Assembly: GCA_973895155.1 (NCBI GenBank) | Contig: OZ316893.1 | Coordinates: forward strand, 2,624,430-2,688,429 | Length of the DNA: 64,000 bases | Direction of reading: 5' to 3' | DNA from: Marsupella aquatica | Lineage: Eukaryota > Plantae > Marchantiophyta | Part shown: one piece after another, positions 51,621 to 64,000 of the stretch | Numbering within the stretch: position 1 is the first letter of the stretch | Layout of the letters: each line of letters begins with the position of its first letter | The notes under the pieces: model-generated | What the model saw: only the letters and a program-made list of their open reading frames with translations | What the model was told of the DNA's origin: nothing | The model's database searches: none | Position numbers and translations under genes: made by a program

Positions 51621-54119
51621 CTAGAAATCGTGGGTCTTGAGGGCTCCAGGTTTCGTGAGGGCTGAGTTGAAGGGTTGTTCCTCGCCAGACTGCACTTCCA
51701 ATTCTGTACTTCCAGTTGGACACTGGGGCACAATCTTGCTGGAGTAAATGTCACTCACTGCTCTGAACCTGCTGCTTGATTTTGGTGGAGCAATGTCACT
51801 CTGTTGTGGTTGCCCGTGGGCGTTGGGATGTGACACTAGTGGAGGCCCAATTGCGTCAACCCATGAGCTTAGTTGGGACTTGGCGCGTAATTCTTCTGGA
51901 GGAATGTCAGACTGTAGTGATCGCGATTGGTCGTTGGCATGTGATACCAGTGGAGGCCCAATTGTGTGAGGCCATGATCTCCGTTGGGACTTGGCGCTTG
52001 ATTCTGGTGGAGTGATTTCACAGTACTGTTGCGATCCCCCTTGGGCGTCGGTAGACAATGCTGATGGAGCAATGTCATGCGGAGATCTCCGTTTGGACGT
52101 GGTGGTTGATTCTGATGGAGCAAAGTCATGCGGAGATCTCCGTTGGGACTTGGTGCTTGATTCGCATGTAGGTTTTTCTCTTGAGCTCTGCGTAAATGAG
52201 GTCCCAGGGAATTGAACGGCGCCAGAGTTTGACAACGAGGGCTGTGTTGCAGAGGCTTGCGTCTCCAGTCCGTCTACGTCCTGAGGTCCAGGTTCTGCGT
52301 CACTGCCTGATGTTAGTTGTTGCGTTTGTTCAACCAGATTCCTTCCTGCATCTAATACATGAGATGTGACGGACCGATCCTCACCCAGAGGCGCCAGGAT
52401 CGGACTCACCATATTGTTGAGGTCACCTCTTTCTAATTTAAACTTCTGAGCATCAACCTGCTGCATTCCTTCGTCGCATATCTCGGCACCGGAGGCGAGA
52501 CTGGAGGGAACTTCGAAATTAGAACGGGGTGATCGTTCGACAGCTGCTGCAGGATCGCCCTCCTCGTAAGATTGCGTTGTTTCTTCGAATATATCGGCAA
52601 CGGAGGGAGCTTGTAAATTAGGCGGGGCTGGTCGTTCGGCAGCTGCAGGATTACCGTCCTGGTATGACTGCATTGGTTCTTCGAATTCCTCGGCAACGGA
52701 GGGAAATTGTAAATTGGACGGGGGAAAACGCTCGATAGCTGCTGCAGAATCGCCCTCTATTATTTGCCGCTCTGTGGTAACTACATTGTGATGCTGCACT
52801 GCCCCGTGCACTGCTGGTCGTTTGGCAGCTGGAGGATCGCCCTCCTGTTCCTGGTACAATCGAATTGCTTCTTCGACAGCTCGGCCGCTGCTGCAGGATC
52901 TGTCTTCCATTAATCCTCTGTCTATGGTAACTGCATAGTCATCCCCTGCTGGCCATTCGGCATCTGAAAGCTGGCCCTCCACATACGACTGAAATGCTAT
53001 CTGTATAGCGTCTGGCGGGCTTACTGGTTCGGCAGCTGCTGCAGGATCGCCCGGCTCCGTGATTTGTCTCTCAATGGTAACTGAGTTGCCATGATACACT
53101 GCTGGTAGTTCGGCAGCTGCAGGATCGCCCGGCTCCGTGATTTGCCTCTCAATGGTAACTGAGTTGCCATGATACACTGCTGGTAGTTCTGCAGCTGCAG
53201 AATCGCCCGGCTCCGTGATTTGCCTCTCAATGGTAACTGAGTTGCCATGATACACTGCTGGTAGTTCTGCAGCTGCAGAATCGCCCGGCTCCGTGATTTG
53301 CCTCTCAATGGTAACTGAGTTGCTATGATACACTGCTGGTAGTTCGGCAGCTGCAGGATCGCCCTCCTGGTTCGATCGCATTACTTCTTCGAATGTCTCG
53401 CGGGATATTTCGACAACGGAGGGATTTCGAACTAGTGAATTGGACGGGCGTACAGAGCGAGCACACCGGTGCTCGGAAGTAGCTGCAAGATCGGCCTCCA
53501 TTATTTGCCTCTCAATGGTAACTGAGTTGCCATGAGACACTGCTGGTAGTTCGGCAGCTGCAGGATCGCCCGGCTCCGGAATTTGCCTCTCAATGGTAAC
53601 TGAGTTGCTATGGTACACTGCTGGTAGTTCGGCAGCTGCAGGATCGCCCTCCTGGTTCGATCGCATTACTTCTTCGAATGTCTTGAGGGATATTTCGACA
53701 ACGGAGGGATTTCGAACTAGTGAATTGGACGGGCGTAAAGAGCGACCACACCGGTGCTCGGAAGTAGCTGCAAGATCGGCCTCCATTATTTGCCTCGCCG
53801 CGGTAACGAAATCGTCACCATGCGCCACTGGCCGTTCGGCAGCTGCGGGATCACCGGGATCCACAATTTGCCTCAATCTTGTTTGTAAGCTCTCAATATG
53901 CGGCACTGCTTGTTTGGCACCTTCGCTCTGAGCCGCAATTTGCTGCAATCTGGTTTCCAGACTGATTTCGTCTGGTTCGCCACCATTCTCCGCCACGAGT
54001 ATCTTCAATCTGGTTGCTAAGTCAAGCTCAGACTCGTTATGCGGGACTGCTCGTTCGACACCATCGCCCTCTTTCGGGCACCCAGAATGAGCAGCTAAGT
54101 TCTGCGTACGCTTTTCCAT
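51621..54119 (-). CDS. Uncharacterised acidic, low-complexity tandem-repeat protein (~830 aa)
   Basis: A 2.5 kb uninterrupted ORF with ATG at 54119. All repeat units are multiples of 3 (75 bp, 285 bp). No recognisable domain. Confidence 0.65.
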   Translation of the reverse strand: MEKRTQNLAAHSGCPKEGDGVERAVPHNESELDLATRLKILVAENGGEPDEISLETRLQQIAAQSEGAKQAVPHIESLQTRLRQIVDPGDPAAAERPVAHGDDFVTAARQIMEADLAATSEHRCGRSLRPSNSLVRNPSVVEISLKTFEEVMRSNQEGDPAAAELPAVYHSNSVTIERQIPEPGDPAAAELPAVSHGNSVTIERQIMEADLAATSEHRCARSVRPSNSLVRNPSVVEISRETFEEVMRSNQEGDPAAAELPAVYHSNSVTIERQITEPGDSAAAELPAVYHGNSVTIERQITEPGDSAAAELPAVYHGNSVTIERQITEPGDPAAAELPAVYHGNSVTIERQITEPGDPAAAAEPVSPPDAIQIAFQSYVEGQLSDAEWPAGDDYAVTIDRGLMEDRSCSSGRAVEEAIRLYQEQEGDPPAAKRPAVHGAVQHHNVVTTERQIIEGDSAAAIERFPPSNLQFPSVAEEFEEPMQSYQDGNPAAAERPAPPNLQAPSVADIFEETTQSYEEGDPAAAVERSPRSNFEVPSSLASGAEICDEGMQQVDAQKFKLERGDLNNMVSPILAPLGEDRSVTSHVLDAGRNLVEQTQQLTSGSDAEPGPQDVDGLETQASATQPSLSNSGAVQFPGTSFTQSSREKPTCESSTKSQRRSPHDFAPSESTTTSKRRSPHDIAPSALSTDAQGGSQQYCEITPPESSAKSQRRSWPHTIGPPLVSHANDQSRSLQSDIPPEELRAKSQLSSWVDAIGPPLVSHPNAHGQPQQSDIAPPKSSSRFRAVSDIYSSKIVPQCPTGSTELEVQSGEEQPFNSALTKPGALKTHDF
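53035..53800 (-). repeat. Coding tandem repeats: 75-bp (25 aa) units PGD(P/S)AAAELPAVYHGNSVTIERQITE nested in a 285-bp (95 aa) higher-order duplication
   Basis: GGATCGCCCTCCTGGTTCGATCGCATTAC at 53356 and 53641; near-identical 75-bp units at 53040-53355. Confidence 0.92.
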
Positions 54120-57100
54120 TGGCACTACTTGTGTTCGCTTTCAAATTAGCTTGTCTCCAATTCACGTCGACCTCGGGATGGAAAGGGAATACTCACGGAT
54201 GACTTGGAAATAACTGAATGTGTGGTTTCCCCGGTGGTTTCTTGTACATTGAAGGCTGAGGCTTGATCATGTACGATGTGAAATGACTAGAATTCCACTC
54301 GAGAGTGCTTCAATCTGGCGAGTGGTTGATCGCGTTAAGCTGTCTCCAAGTCCGTTGCTGTTCTGATGTAACAGTAGAGATCAATTCGTTGCAGTTCTCA
54401 AATGGGTTTCAGAAAGTGGACGGACCTGTTTTCCCTTGTCATCGATCCTATTTTGCGGAAGGACCTCACTTAACGACCATACCGGTAGACTGTTGGCCAA
54501 TTCGTATCGTCTAATTTGGACCATTCTCCAACTGTTCCGTGTGAAGACATCACTGTAGAGGTGTCGATATACGTTATGGCCTAAATTCGTTTGTCCTGAC
54601 CGTTTGCGACTCGTAATTCTCTTGTTCGATCTCCTGTTGTGTGAGCTTCGCGTGCAATTTGAAAGACAATCAGGAAGACAATTTGAAAGGCATGATCGTT
54701 GAACAGTACGTTGCTTAATTTACCAAAATTTACATACGGCCGCTGTGGGTGATCCGATCGATCAGACAGATCAGTGCGCCGGGCAAGCAGCTGATAGTGA
54801 AATGCCTCGGCTGTCGTCGCAGCTAGCCAGTAGCTAAAACAGTTTTCAAATTGAAGGACTAAAGCTCTACCCCGCACTGGAATATCAGGTACTATATGTA
54901 TCATAAACTTCGAAGCTTGATCCTCGTAAAGATATGGCGTCACTTACGAACCCTTCGATCTGACAGGTGAGTGATTTCTTACACAACTCAGAGCCCTTCG
55001 CACTTCTGATGTATCCAAGAAAGCCAATTCTCTTGGCACTTGTGGGAGTTTCCTCCCAAGATCTTATCAGATGGGGTACATCTGCATTCCTCTATCGAGT
55101 AATTAATTACCGTTTCCACGACTTGATTTCAGGTTGCAAGCAGCTGTCTACGGCGGTTCTGTCGACTGTAACATTCTGTAGTGTTCCGGTGGCGCGGAGA
55201 TTAGCTATAGGCTTCAATCTCCAGTAGACGTCAATGGACGTTGATCCGAACACTTTTGCGAACGGCCAGAATTCATTTGGATGATCGTTACAGCTGCAAA
55301 ATCTCTTAATCCCTTATGCTGTGGGCAGAAGCTTGAGGCACAGCTAGTTGGAATATCCTGAACGTTAAACAGCTACATTTTCAGTGTAGTTCACTTTTGA
55401 TCGCTGTCAAGGTGACGAAATGAATCTGATCAGAAGCAGCACTCAGGGGTCTAAAATTTAGTGTGGATAGTAAGGTACGTAGGTAGAAAGAGACATTCGC
55501 GTGAAAGCAAGGAAACAACAAGACCCTAATGCAGATCGCAAGCAAGTCTACTTCTACTCTTATATGCTGTGCTGCAGCTGGAATGCCAGGGGATTTCTCC
55601 CATTTTTAAAGGAAAGAAAATTCGACTACACAATTGACCAGGCTTGCGCGTACACTACTGTTAGCACCTGATGTGGCTAAAATCATGAGACGAACTTACT
55701 GGATTTTACTTGTTTTTCGCTGTCCAAACTCACAAACCTTGTGCTGAGAAGAAACATTTCCTTTGAATGTTGGGAAGAAGACAGGATCTCTTAATCTCTA
55801 CCAGGCAACCATATCTGAACGATGACTCTGCCTCCCTTTCCTGGCAGAACTAATAGCCTTGTCACCTTATTAATATGGACTCACAGGAAGAATTGAAGGC
55901 TGAAGAAGGGACCGAGGGCTGGCATGCTGCATGTGGACGTTCTCTTCTGCAGTTTCACAGCTAGTGGGGTGCCCCACTACCTGTTGATGGCCTACCTTGG
56001 GAGTCTCAAACTCAGTGTGTTACGTCTTCATCGTGCTCAATGTACTGTCAATGATTTTGTAATACTTGCAATAGAAATATTGAACCTTGGCTTCAGGCCC
56101 ATCAGACGGCCGCCTCCCAGTCTCGCCAAAGTATGTGTGAAAAGCACCGATTGTTCAATCTCTGCAGAGATATAATCTTTGTAGAAAGTCCACTAGGTAC
56201 TGCGTCCTGTCATTTCGCTCAATTTGTGATTGGTGGGGATATATCAGGTGTAGGTGCAACCCGCCAACGACAACCCCGAACACAGCAGCCTCACCATCGA
56301 CCCAAATACATTGGAACGCGTCCTTCATTAATATAATGTCGCTGTTCCTACTGTTAAATGTCCTCGTAGCTGCACAGTGCCTCCACATATGATCCAAGGA
56401 ACACTGACCCTTATTTCTCCCCTCGCAAAAACCGTTCTGGGAAGTAACTTACTAGGCAATTCTGGAAAAGTCGAAATATTGGGGTTCTCTCTACTTCTAC
56501 AGTACGTACCTACGGAAAACAGTACTTGCTCGGCTTCGACCGATCAGAATCTGCATTAGAAACCTCGTGGAACAACTGTTGTACATATTGAATTATGCCT
56601 TGCAAGGACCAGGAATCTTACTGATTCGAAAACTGCAATTTGATAAGGGGGCTAAAGCAGAATGGCAAGCACTGTGGCGAGAAGATCCTCGAACTCTAGG
56701 GAATGTCGTGGACACTTCTACTGACTCTTCCGGCTTGTTGTGGGTCACATAACGCTCGCTGCCGGAATACAAAATCAACCGAATGACCTGGTCGGGTTTC
56801 TACACTACACCTTCTAAACTGCCGCCAGGGGAGTTTGCGGCGGCAGTATAAAAGATTCCGCGCCATCAGTCCGCTACAAGTTACTTGAAGCATCTAGCTT
56901 TAGTCAAGTAGCGCGCTAGTCAACAGCTGCATTTCATATAATTATAGACCTGTACATATTGAATAAGCTTGAGATCTGTTAGTTGACATATTCGTTGTTT
57001 GCCTTGTAGAAGTAATTGATCACTTGGAAGAATTTCTCCAGGTATCATTAGCGATCATTTCCATTGAAAGCGGAAACCCCTTCTTCAAAAAGAAAGCTGC

Positions 57101-57468
57101 ATAGTTAGTCGACCTTCCTGTTATGAACTGAGTCTGTCAACTGAAAACAGAAATGCATGTGTGCAGATGAGGTCTCGGGTAAACCGACTGATCGAGCGGC
57201 ACTGCAGATTTTCGGGAGCACTTCCGAAATTAAGCTCCAACGGGATCGAGGGAAAAAATTAGGACTGAGCGCAGAGATTGAGCAGCTGTGATCAGTGCAC
57301 GCCAGCGTTCCAGTCGTTGAGCTGTGCTTCAAGACTTCCACAACGAGGCAAAAATTGTGAGGTTGCTTGCAGAGCTCGGATCTCTAACACAGTTGCACTG
57401 ATCGAAACGGTTCTGTCCATTCCAGTGCAGTCATTGAGCAGACCTTGTCTTGAAATAGTTCATCCGGG

Positions 57469-58035
57469 ATGACCTACAGGTGCGACCAGGGAGATGGTGC
57501 AGCAGAACACAGGGAACAGCAAACGTCCACATATCTGAGTGAAGCGAACAGCAGCAGAAAGATTCTGGAGAAGCATCCCTCCAGTCCCCGCTCCAGTCAT
57601 ATCGTCATCTATTCAGATTCTCCCCCAATTATCCATGTCGAAGCTCAAAATTTTAAGGAGGTGGTGCAGCGCCTGACAGGAAAAGAGGGAAAGCAGGATG
57701 TGGACTTGGTGGACGAGCTCTTAGCTGCCCACCGTAGTCAATCTGAGACTCAATCGTCCAGTTCACCCAACACGTCGCAGGAAGCATTTGAGAAGTGCAC
57801 AACTCCCAGACAATCTTCGTTCACAAATCAGGCGTTAGTGGAGTACATTGACAGTTTGTACAGGGATTACCCTTCACCTCGACCCTCATCAAACGTGGGC
57901 CTCTTCCCAACAGCTGGGCTCGTGAAGGGCGTAGACTTCGAACTTGGATTGCAGTGGGGATCTGTTCCTGATTCTCTCGGCTCAGCTTCCTCCAATCCCT
58001 CCGAGTCATCAAGCCGACCGGGTGATGGCAAGTGA
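57469..58035 (+). CDS. VQ-motif-containing protein
   Basis: IIHVEAQNFKEVVQRLTG matches FxxxVQxLTG. Single exon and S/P-rich flanks are typical of VQ proteins. Confidence 0.85.
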   Translation: MTYRCDQGDGAAEHREQQTSTYLSEANSSRKILEKHPSSPRSSHIVIYSDSPPIIHVEAQNFKEVVQRLTGKEGKQDVDLVDELLAAHRSQSETQSSSSPNTSQEAFEKCTTPRQSSFTNQALVEYIDSLYRDYPSPRPSSNVGLFPTAGLVKGVDFELGLQWGSVPDSLGSASSNPSESSSRPGDGK

Positions 58036-60076
58036 GGTAAACAATCCGAAAGTATTTTGGTGTCTAAGACAAGCATGACGCTTAGTGCTATACCCTCCAT
58101 TTCAGTGATGTCAACTTGGACTTTTGCTTCTTCATTGTCGAAAAGAAACTGTCGAATTCCTCTGCAGCCTAGTGTTTGGATTTGGCCGAACCAAGTTCAC
58201 ATTATTTACTTCGTGCATGAGACTTGAAGTCGTGTTCAGTGTCCGTGTTCTAGGCGGGGTTCTAGGTGGTTGTGCAGTAGTATGAACTTTTGAGTCGATG
58301 TGCTTTGAACTTCTCCACCTGAAAAGGAGGTGAGGCTCGTCCCAAACTCTTAACACCTGATGCGGCTAAGTAAGAATCCGGTACCGAAGTTTATTTACTT
58401 CCATTTTCCAAATCACAGAACTCTTCAGAACAATCCATCTCTTCCTAAGTCTTGTACAGAATTTTTCGAAGACCATGACCAGAAACCATTTATAAGAAAA
58501 ATGACTGTGCCTCTGTTACCTGTGCAAGTAGCCTTGTCACCGATTTCTGAACTCAAAGGTGGATTCATGGCAAGAAAGATAGGGCGAGGTCGACGACTTT
58601 CAGCGCTGCTACCTGGAACGTCAGTTTTCCTTCTCCTACAGCTAGAATGTGGCCAGTACTACGAATAACAAAGACCCAGCCAGGACACTACGAAACGCAA
58701 TTTACTACCCTTCCGTTCAGCAGACACAATCCATATGTCTTCCTATCGCCCGCTGATGTCGAGGAGAATTCTGCTCACCACGGCGATCCTCTCTATTAGA
58801 AAAGAAATCCTGACCTATGTAAAATTACAGAAAAATGAGAAAAGTAAATCATGAAATCCAGTACATTATTTGAGCATTCATTTGCTACCCCGATCTCGAA
58901 CGGGTGCCGACGTGATTGCATAATCGCGATTTGGAACAATTTGCTGACGTGGTGAGCAGTGGATGCATGACGGCCGGGTTTAGAACGTGCACGGATTTTC
59001 TGGACACAGCATCATTCATTACTCCCTTGGAATGGGTGGCAGGTCATGAATTTAATCTTCGAGTGAGTCTCAGGTCATGAAGCTTTGCTAGTTGCATGTG
59101 AGGTTCCCCACCCACGTCAAAACGAATTATGATGGGGAAAAATTCTCAGTTGTTGGCCATCGAGTTAGTCATAGCTCCCCAATTGAAGTCGATGTGTAAC
59201 TTGAGCATTGATGGCATGGAAGAAACGAAGAAGTGTTCTAGCATGAAGGTCGGGAGATATATAATACTGGAAAGGGAGAAGGGCAAGCTGGCTAGGACTG
59301 GCCTGGAAACAAAGGACCAGCAAAAGAATAAAGCTGAGGTATTCAAACAGCCTGATTGACCTTTTTGTGGGCGTCTAGCATGCAAAGGTAAAGTTTCAAA
59401 GGAGAACTTTAGCATGTCTTCAAAAATACACAGCAATGGAAGATAAATCAGTTTGATGAACTTGTTCTGGGCAGTAATATGATACGGAACTTGTGGACAA
59501 GTTTTATAACGACTTCCCTCATCGTAAATCCGCTGATTCTGATTGGTTCCCAGGCGTGGCAAGCTCTATGCCCAGTGATGTTTGTTGTGAATGCTCCAAA
59601 GGACGGTCTAGATTAAGCTTGTCTTCCATCATAGCAGGAATTTGAAGTTTCCAAACTAGTACACCAGCCACGGTACACATTTGTAGCACGTTTCTTACAA
59701 TTTTCCAGATGCTGTCCGTGCTTCAGCTGCATTTCTCGGTCATCGCTCTTGGAATTTCGTACAAGTCTCTTTCTCACTGCAGTTAGTAAGTTGTCGGAAA
59801 ATCGATGGTGGGAATCAGAGGAATGTCCGTCCATTGCAGTTTCGTGACCGTTGCCATGACTTCCCTCGGCCCCCCGCGGCACTAGCACCAAGGTTGTCCA
59901 CGCCTCGTAGACTCCAGAGCCATCACATATCGAGGCCACATCACATTCACGGTCAATAAACGTGAACTTGCCGAAGACTCGTTGCGTCAGAGCTCTCGGG
60001 TCACGTCACTGTGACTTGTCCTGCATGTACTGTCCATTAGTCGCTTTTGGTCACAGAGTCTTTGGCACTTGGCTGT

Positions 60077-60340
60077 CTAGTCATTTCGTCGGTCATGGCC
60101 AGTCTCACGAGTTGCACTATGCATTCTGAGGTCGTTTTCTTCAATCTTTTCTAGCAATTAAAATACTCATCGAAGGGACTTTCTTATGTGGATTCTCCCA
60201 ATACTCGGGCAGGTATCTAGTCATTTCATGGCATGGCCCGTCTCATAGTAAGTAGCAGTTTGCATTCTGAGGTCGTTTTCTTCTTCTCTAGCAATTTAAT
60301 ACTCATCGAACGGACTTTCGTATTTGGATGTTCCCGATAC
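60077..60340. repeat. Two-copy ~140-bp tandem duplication
   Basis: TCTAGTCATTTC...CATGGCC.GTCTCA...TGCATTCTGAGGTCGTTTTCTTC...CTAGCAATT.AA.TACTCATCGAA.GGACTTTC twice. Confidence 0.8.
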
Positions 60341-63279
60341 AGGGAATGTCTGTATGAGTGTATTAGCCGGGGGAGTTCTTGGATGAACGAAATTAGATTA
60401 CTTCGTTATGCCGGGGAAAAGCTGTTAAATTGTTCTTTGGTAATTCCAACCTTTGCATGTCTCTTTTGTTGCGCGTTCTCTTTGTGATTGCGAAACCACA
60501 AAATACCTATGGAATTGCGTTACAGATGAGGTGTAGCATCTATTGGAATTAAATGAACGTTCGTTGGACCTATACGGTGACCTATATATCTTTCCAATCC
60601 GGGTGGTAAAATCAGGAGGACCGATAGTGATACCGAAAACACAACTTGTAAACTCAGAAGTCTTGTGAAAGAAGGAGAGTCCACCAATTTCACATCCCAG
60701 GATTAGTCAAACCACAGACGATTGGAAATGCAGGACGAACGCCGTACCTTTCCGATTGATCCTTAGTTTATTTCCAGTGCACGCAGTACTGGTGGAGGAG
60801 AGGAACACCGACTGCATTGTAGAACCCGTTTCGCAAATCACGGATGTGCACGATCTGTTTGCATCCTTCTTGACCAAATGACTGCAGTACCGGACCTCTG
60901 GCAAGCCGGACTTCGATTGTCATTGTAGTCAAAGATCCTTGCTTCTTTAAGATTAACTTTTCCGGAGAGGTGACAGCAGTGGATCAAGCGAGCACTGCCC
61001 GGACCGTCCTCCACTGCGTGGCCAAGTCTTTCACTGTTGAACAGCGGTCACATCAGAGAAATGAAGGTGATCTGAACAAGAGTGCGGACAGCGATTGAAC
61101 AAAAGGGTTCAACTGAAGGCTCAAAAAGTAACTCATAGGCAGGGAGGCCAGGGTCTGACGGCAGCTGATCGAGGCTCGAGAGACGTTACAGGCCGCAATT
61201 TGCGGATATGTTTTTGAGTTGTAGGGGTTCAGCTAAACAAGATCGACACTCGAGAGCATTCATGAAATTAAATCTGCTATCACGCCACAAGATCGATGAA
61301 GAAGAGGTACTCCGATGATAGTCGCCTTCTATGGATGGATGTCGTTTTGGTTCCACGTCAATAAGAGATATTTCGACCTTAGAGCTTTCGGCTTCTTTCC
61401 GGGCTTCTTTCTGATAGTCAGACTTCGGTCTTATAAACGTCATTGAAGAACCAAAACCAAGGCAGTCTCCTGTGCGTATGTCGGGTTGTAGCTGAGGCAG
61501 AACAGTAGGATTGCAATGGGAACGCTAAGAAGGAGGCCAGAAAATGATGCCATTCTTTTGCTCAATTGCACCCCCGACAAGGCAACTACTACTCTATCAT
61601 TCATTATATGTAAGCCTACTTAAAAGCAATTCGGTGGAGCTATGTACATTTCACTCATATATCTTGATGTCAGAGGAGGAAACAGACATATTGATTACAG
61701 AAGTTAACTACGAAGCAAAGAATCATGAATTTGCGTTCCCAGGGACAAAATTATGCAGGAACCTATTACACGGGAAGAGAGATTGTACAAAATTTAAAAC
61801 AGCGCATTTACTCAGAGGTTCCTCGAGCACAGACAATAATTGATTCTTTCCTCAGCTGACTCTGCCGATGACAGCACTGTATGAAACGAAATGAAGGGCA
61901 GCTTGAGACTCTTCTGAGTTTTCTTAGTTCTATGTATGGGCAAAGCCATTCATTTCACTACCTTGACGGTCAATGCCCACTCTTCGATCCCCAGAATCAG
62001 CCAGTACAAAGTGAGCTCAATACCGTGAATCAAGTACAGAATTGACGGAGTATAGTAGTAAGAGTCTGACATGCACACTCAGCTACACCACTGACTTTAA
62101 GAATGGCTTAGTCATTCGCATGTCGATCAAATACACACAATTCCGCTGTCACTACACTGTCTGTCGTTCATGATTTAATTGCGGGACTCGAAAGCTTTTA
62201 GCACAAGGAATTCGACCTGGACCACTCGTGTATAAACACCTTAATTCCCGATTGAAACCGCCCAATTCATCTAATACCATGACATGACCACATGTCCTAC
62301 TCGAGCTTGAAGAATGATAGCACAGAGGTAAAAAAATGGGGGAAGAGCACCTACCCGTCTTGCTTCCGAGAAGTATAACGGAACTTTCTGTGTTTCTATC
62401 CATAAGATTTGATAATATAGATGACAATAATGAAGCTTCTCAAAACGATGCCGACGGAGGCCAAGGGGTGACGTCCCTGGCCAAAGTGACGTAGGCCAAA
62501 GGGTGACGTAAGTCCAATAAGACCCCTTTTTATCACCGCATAATTGATGCACTCGCCTGTCCCAAGTAGATCAAGTGGAAAGTTGCCTGGAAACATCTTG
62601 CATAGCTGCGAGGAAAACGTTTTCCCTAGCATTTCGATTGTCCTTAGCCATTCGATGAATGCCACCTACGCCTTTAGAGCTTTTTCACTTCATAAGATAG
62701 CTTCCATATTTGTAGGAATCATGAGTTGACGGGATCTCCACCGAAACCTTTTGAACAAACTCTTGTCCAGGAACGAAGGAACAAACCTAGGCAGTTAGAT
62801 TGCTTATCCTCTTCTCCCTGACTGTAGAGTAGAAATTTCTAATAACATGAAAAAAGTATGGGCATTCAGGCTTGTTTGACATAATCTTGGTGAAAATGCC
62901 CCCTCTCTTGCCCAACTCTAAGCGAGTGGGGTTGGCCCCACCAATTGGACTAGGGACTGGACTCTCATTTCACATGTCCCCGGGGTCTTCACCTTTTTTT
63001 TTTCAATCCATCACGTGTAAATAAGTATAGGGGTTTTTTTATTGGGTTTAGTAAAATATTTTTGAATTTTTGTTGAAGAACATTAAGGTTATTTTAATAC
63101 AATTTTGAGAATAAGAATAATAAGGTTTTTTAAATCAAAATTGGGAATAAAAATTTATTGATTTAAGTTTTAGGGTGTTTATTCTCCCAAAAATTTGTTC
63201 GTGATATGAGACACCCCTTAGATTGAGACCCCGAGCACATGCCACACTGATTAAGGAGGACTTTACAAGACGTGCAGGC

Positions 63280-63450
63280 ACTTATATATACCACACTACC
63301 AAAAAGACAGGAGCGCCAAACTGGGAGATATGGTCCCAAAGGCAAAAAAACCCAATTAGGGGGGATGGAAGCAAAAGACCCCAAGAAGACCAAAGAGGCC
63401 CAAGAAGTCAAGGAGTAACCTAGCAAATTAAACCAAAGCAAACTGGAGGG
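63280..63450 (-). mobile_element. Dispersed LINE-like 3'-end fragment
   Basis: GCGCCAAACTGGGAGATATGGTCCCAAAGGCAAAAAAACCCAAT matches GCGCCCAACTGGGAGACACGATCCCACAGGCCAAAAACCCAAT at ~2028. Confidence 0.55.
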
Positions 63451-64000
63451 CCATTGCACACACTAAATATAGTGTCCTAGGGCTAGAAGCATTTTTTGTA
63501 TCCTTTTATTGCCCCCAAGGTCTTGTAAAACCAAGTGCAGCCAATGGTGTCAGATTAATTTACTAAAAGACAGATTGAGGACCCATTCCACATGAATGTC
63601 AGGTAATCTTTGGCTAAAGTCTTTCTAAATGTGAGAAGGGAAGATCTTATGAAGGACTTGTGGGTCCCTTTTAATATAAATGACTTAAAATAGAAATGGA
63701 CCAAGAGGCCAGAACACTAGACCACCAAGAGAGGTGGTCTAAAATCTAGGACAAAAGAGTGCTCCACATAAGCCAAAATTGGGCTGCACTACATTCCATG
63801 TAAGATTAGTAACAGGTTTGGTTGAAAGTGCCCCCAAGGTTTTGTAAAGTGAACAGCAGAAGTTTCTCCCAAATGGATGGCTCTGATCAGATCTTGGAGA
63901 CAAAAGAAAAAGTGGAAACTGCCCCCTACTTCTTGTAAAGCTTTCTTCTCACTTGTGTTTCAATGAACTTCTGTTTTGGCAATAATTTCAAAACAACAAC

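Noticed and set aside
58100-62900. Several 60-140 aa ORFs downstream of the VQ gene
   Set aside because: No recognisable motifs or consistent exon chain; a gene or lncRNA here cannot be supported from sequence alone.

Overview
Eukaryotic nuclear DNA from a land plant (spliceosomal introns, TTTAGGG-type repeats, plastid-targeted FtsH). Gene content and repeat style suggest a bryophyte or liverwort, but that is inference. The first ~18 kb is a transposon nest. It holds the 5' end of a young LTR retrotransposon and a solo LTR of the same family (TSD GTAGT, empty site in the neighbouring duplicate), tandem duplications with telomere-like repeats, and a spliced Sola/DUF7869-like DDE transposase pseudogene with extra barrel domains. 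It also holds an internally deleted Ty1/copia element with a hAT MITE nested in its 5' LTR and an unannotated antisense gene (TM segment plus RNase H1 hybrid-binding domain). The rest is gene space: a divergent intronless H2A.Z, a PAP2/LPP lipid phosphate phosphatase (start codon possibly created by splicing), an intronless GH47 Golgi alpha-1,2-mannosidase, a 7-exon secreted alpha-carbonic anhydrase, FtsH2/VAR2-type protease (GC-AG intron inside Walker A), an orphan acidic tandem-repeat protein and a VQ-motif protein. These genes are interspersed with MITEs, LINE-like 3' ends and short duplications. No rRNA, tRNA or CRISPR array is supported. Exon coordinates were read by hand and domain names are from motif recognition, not database searches.
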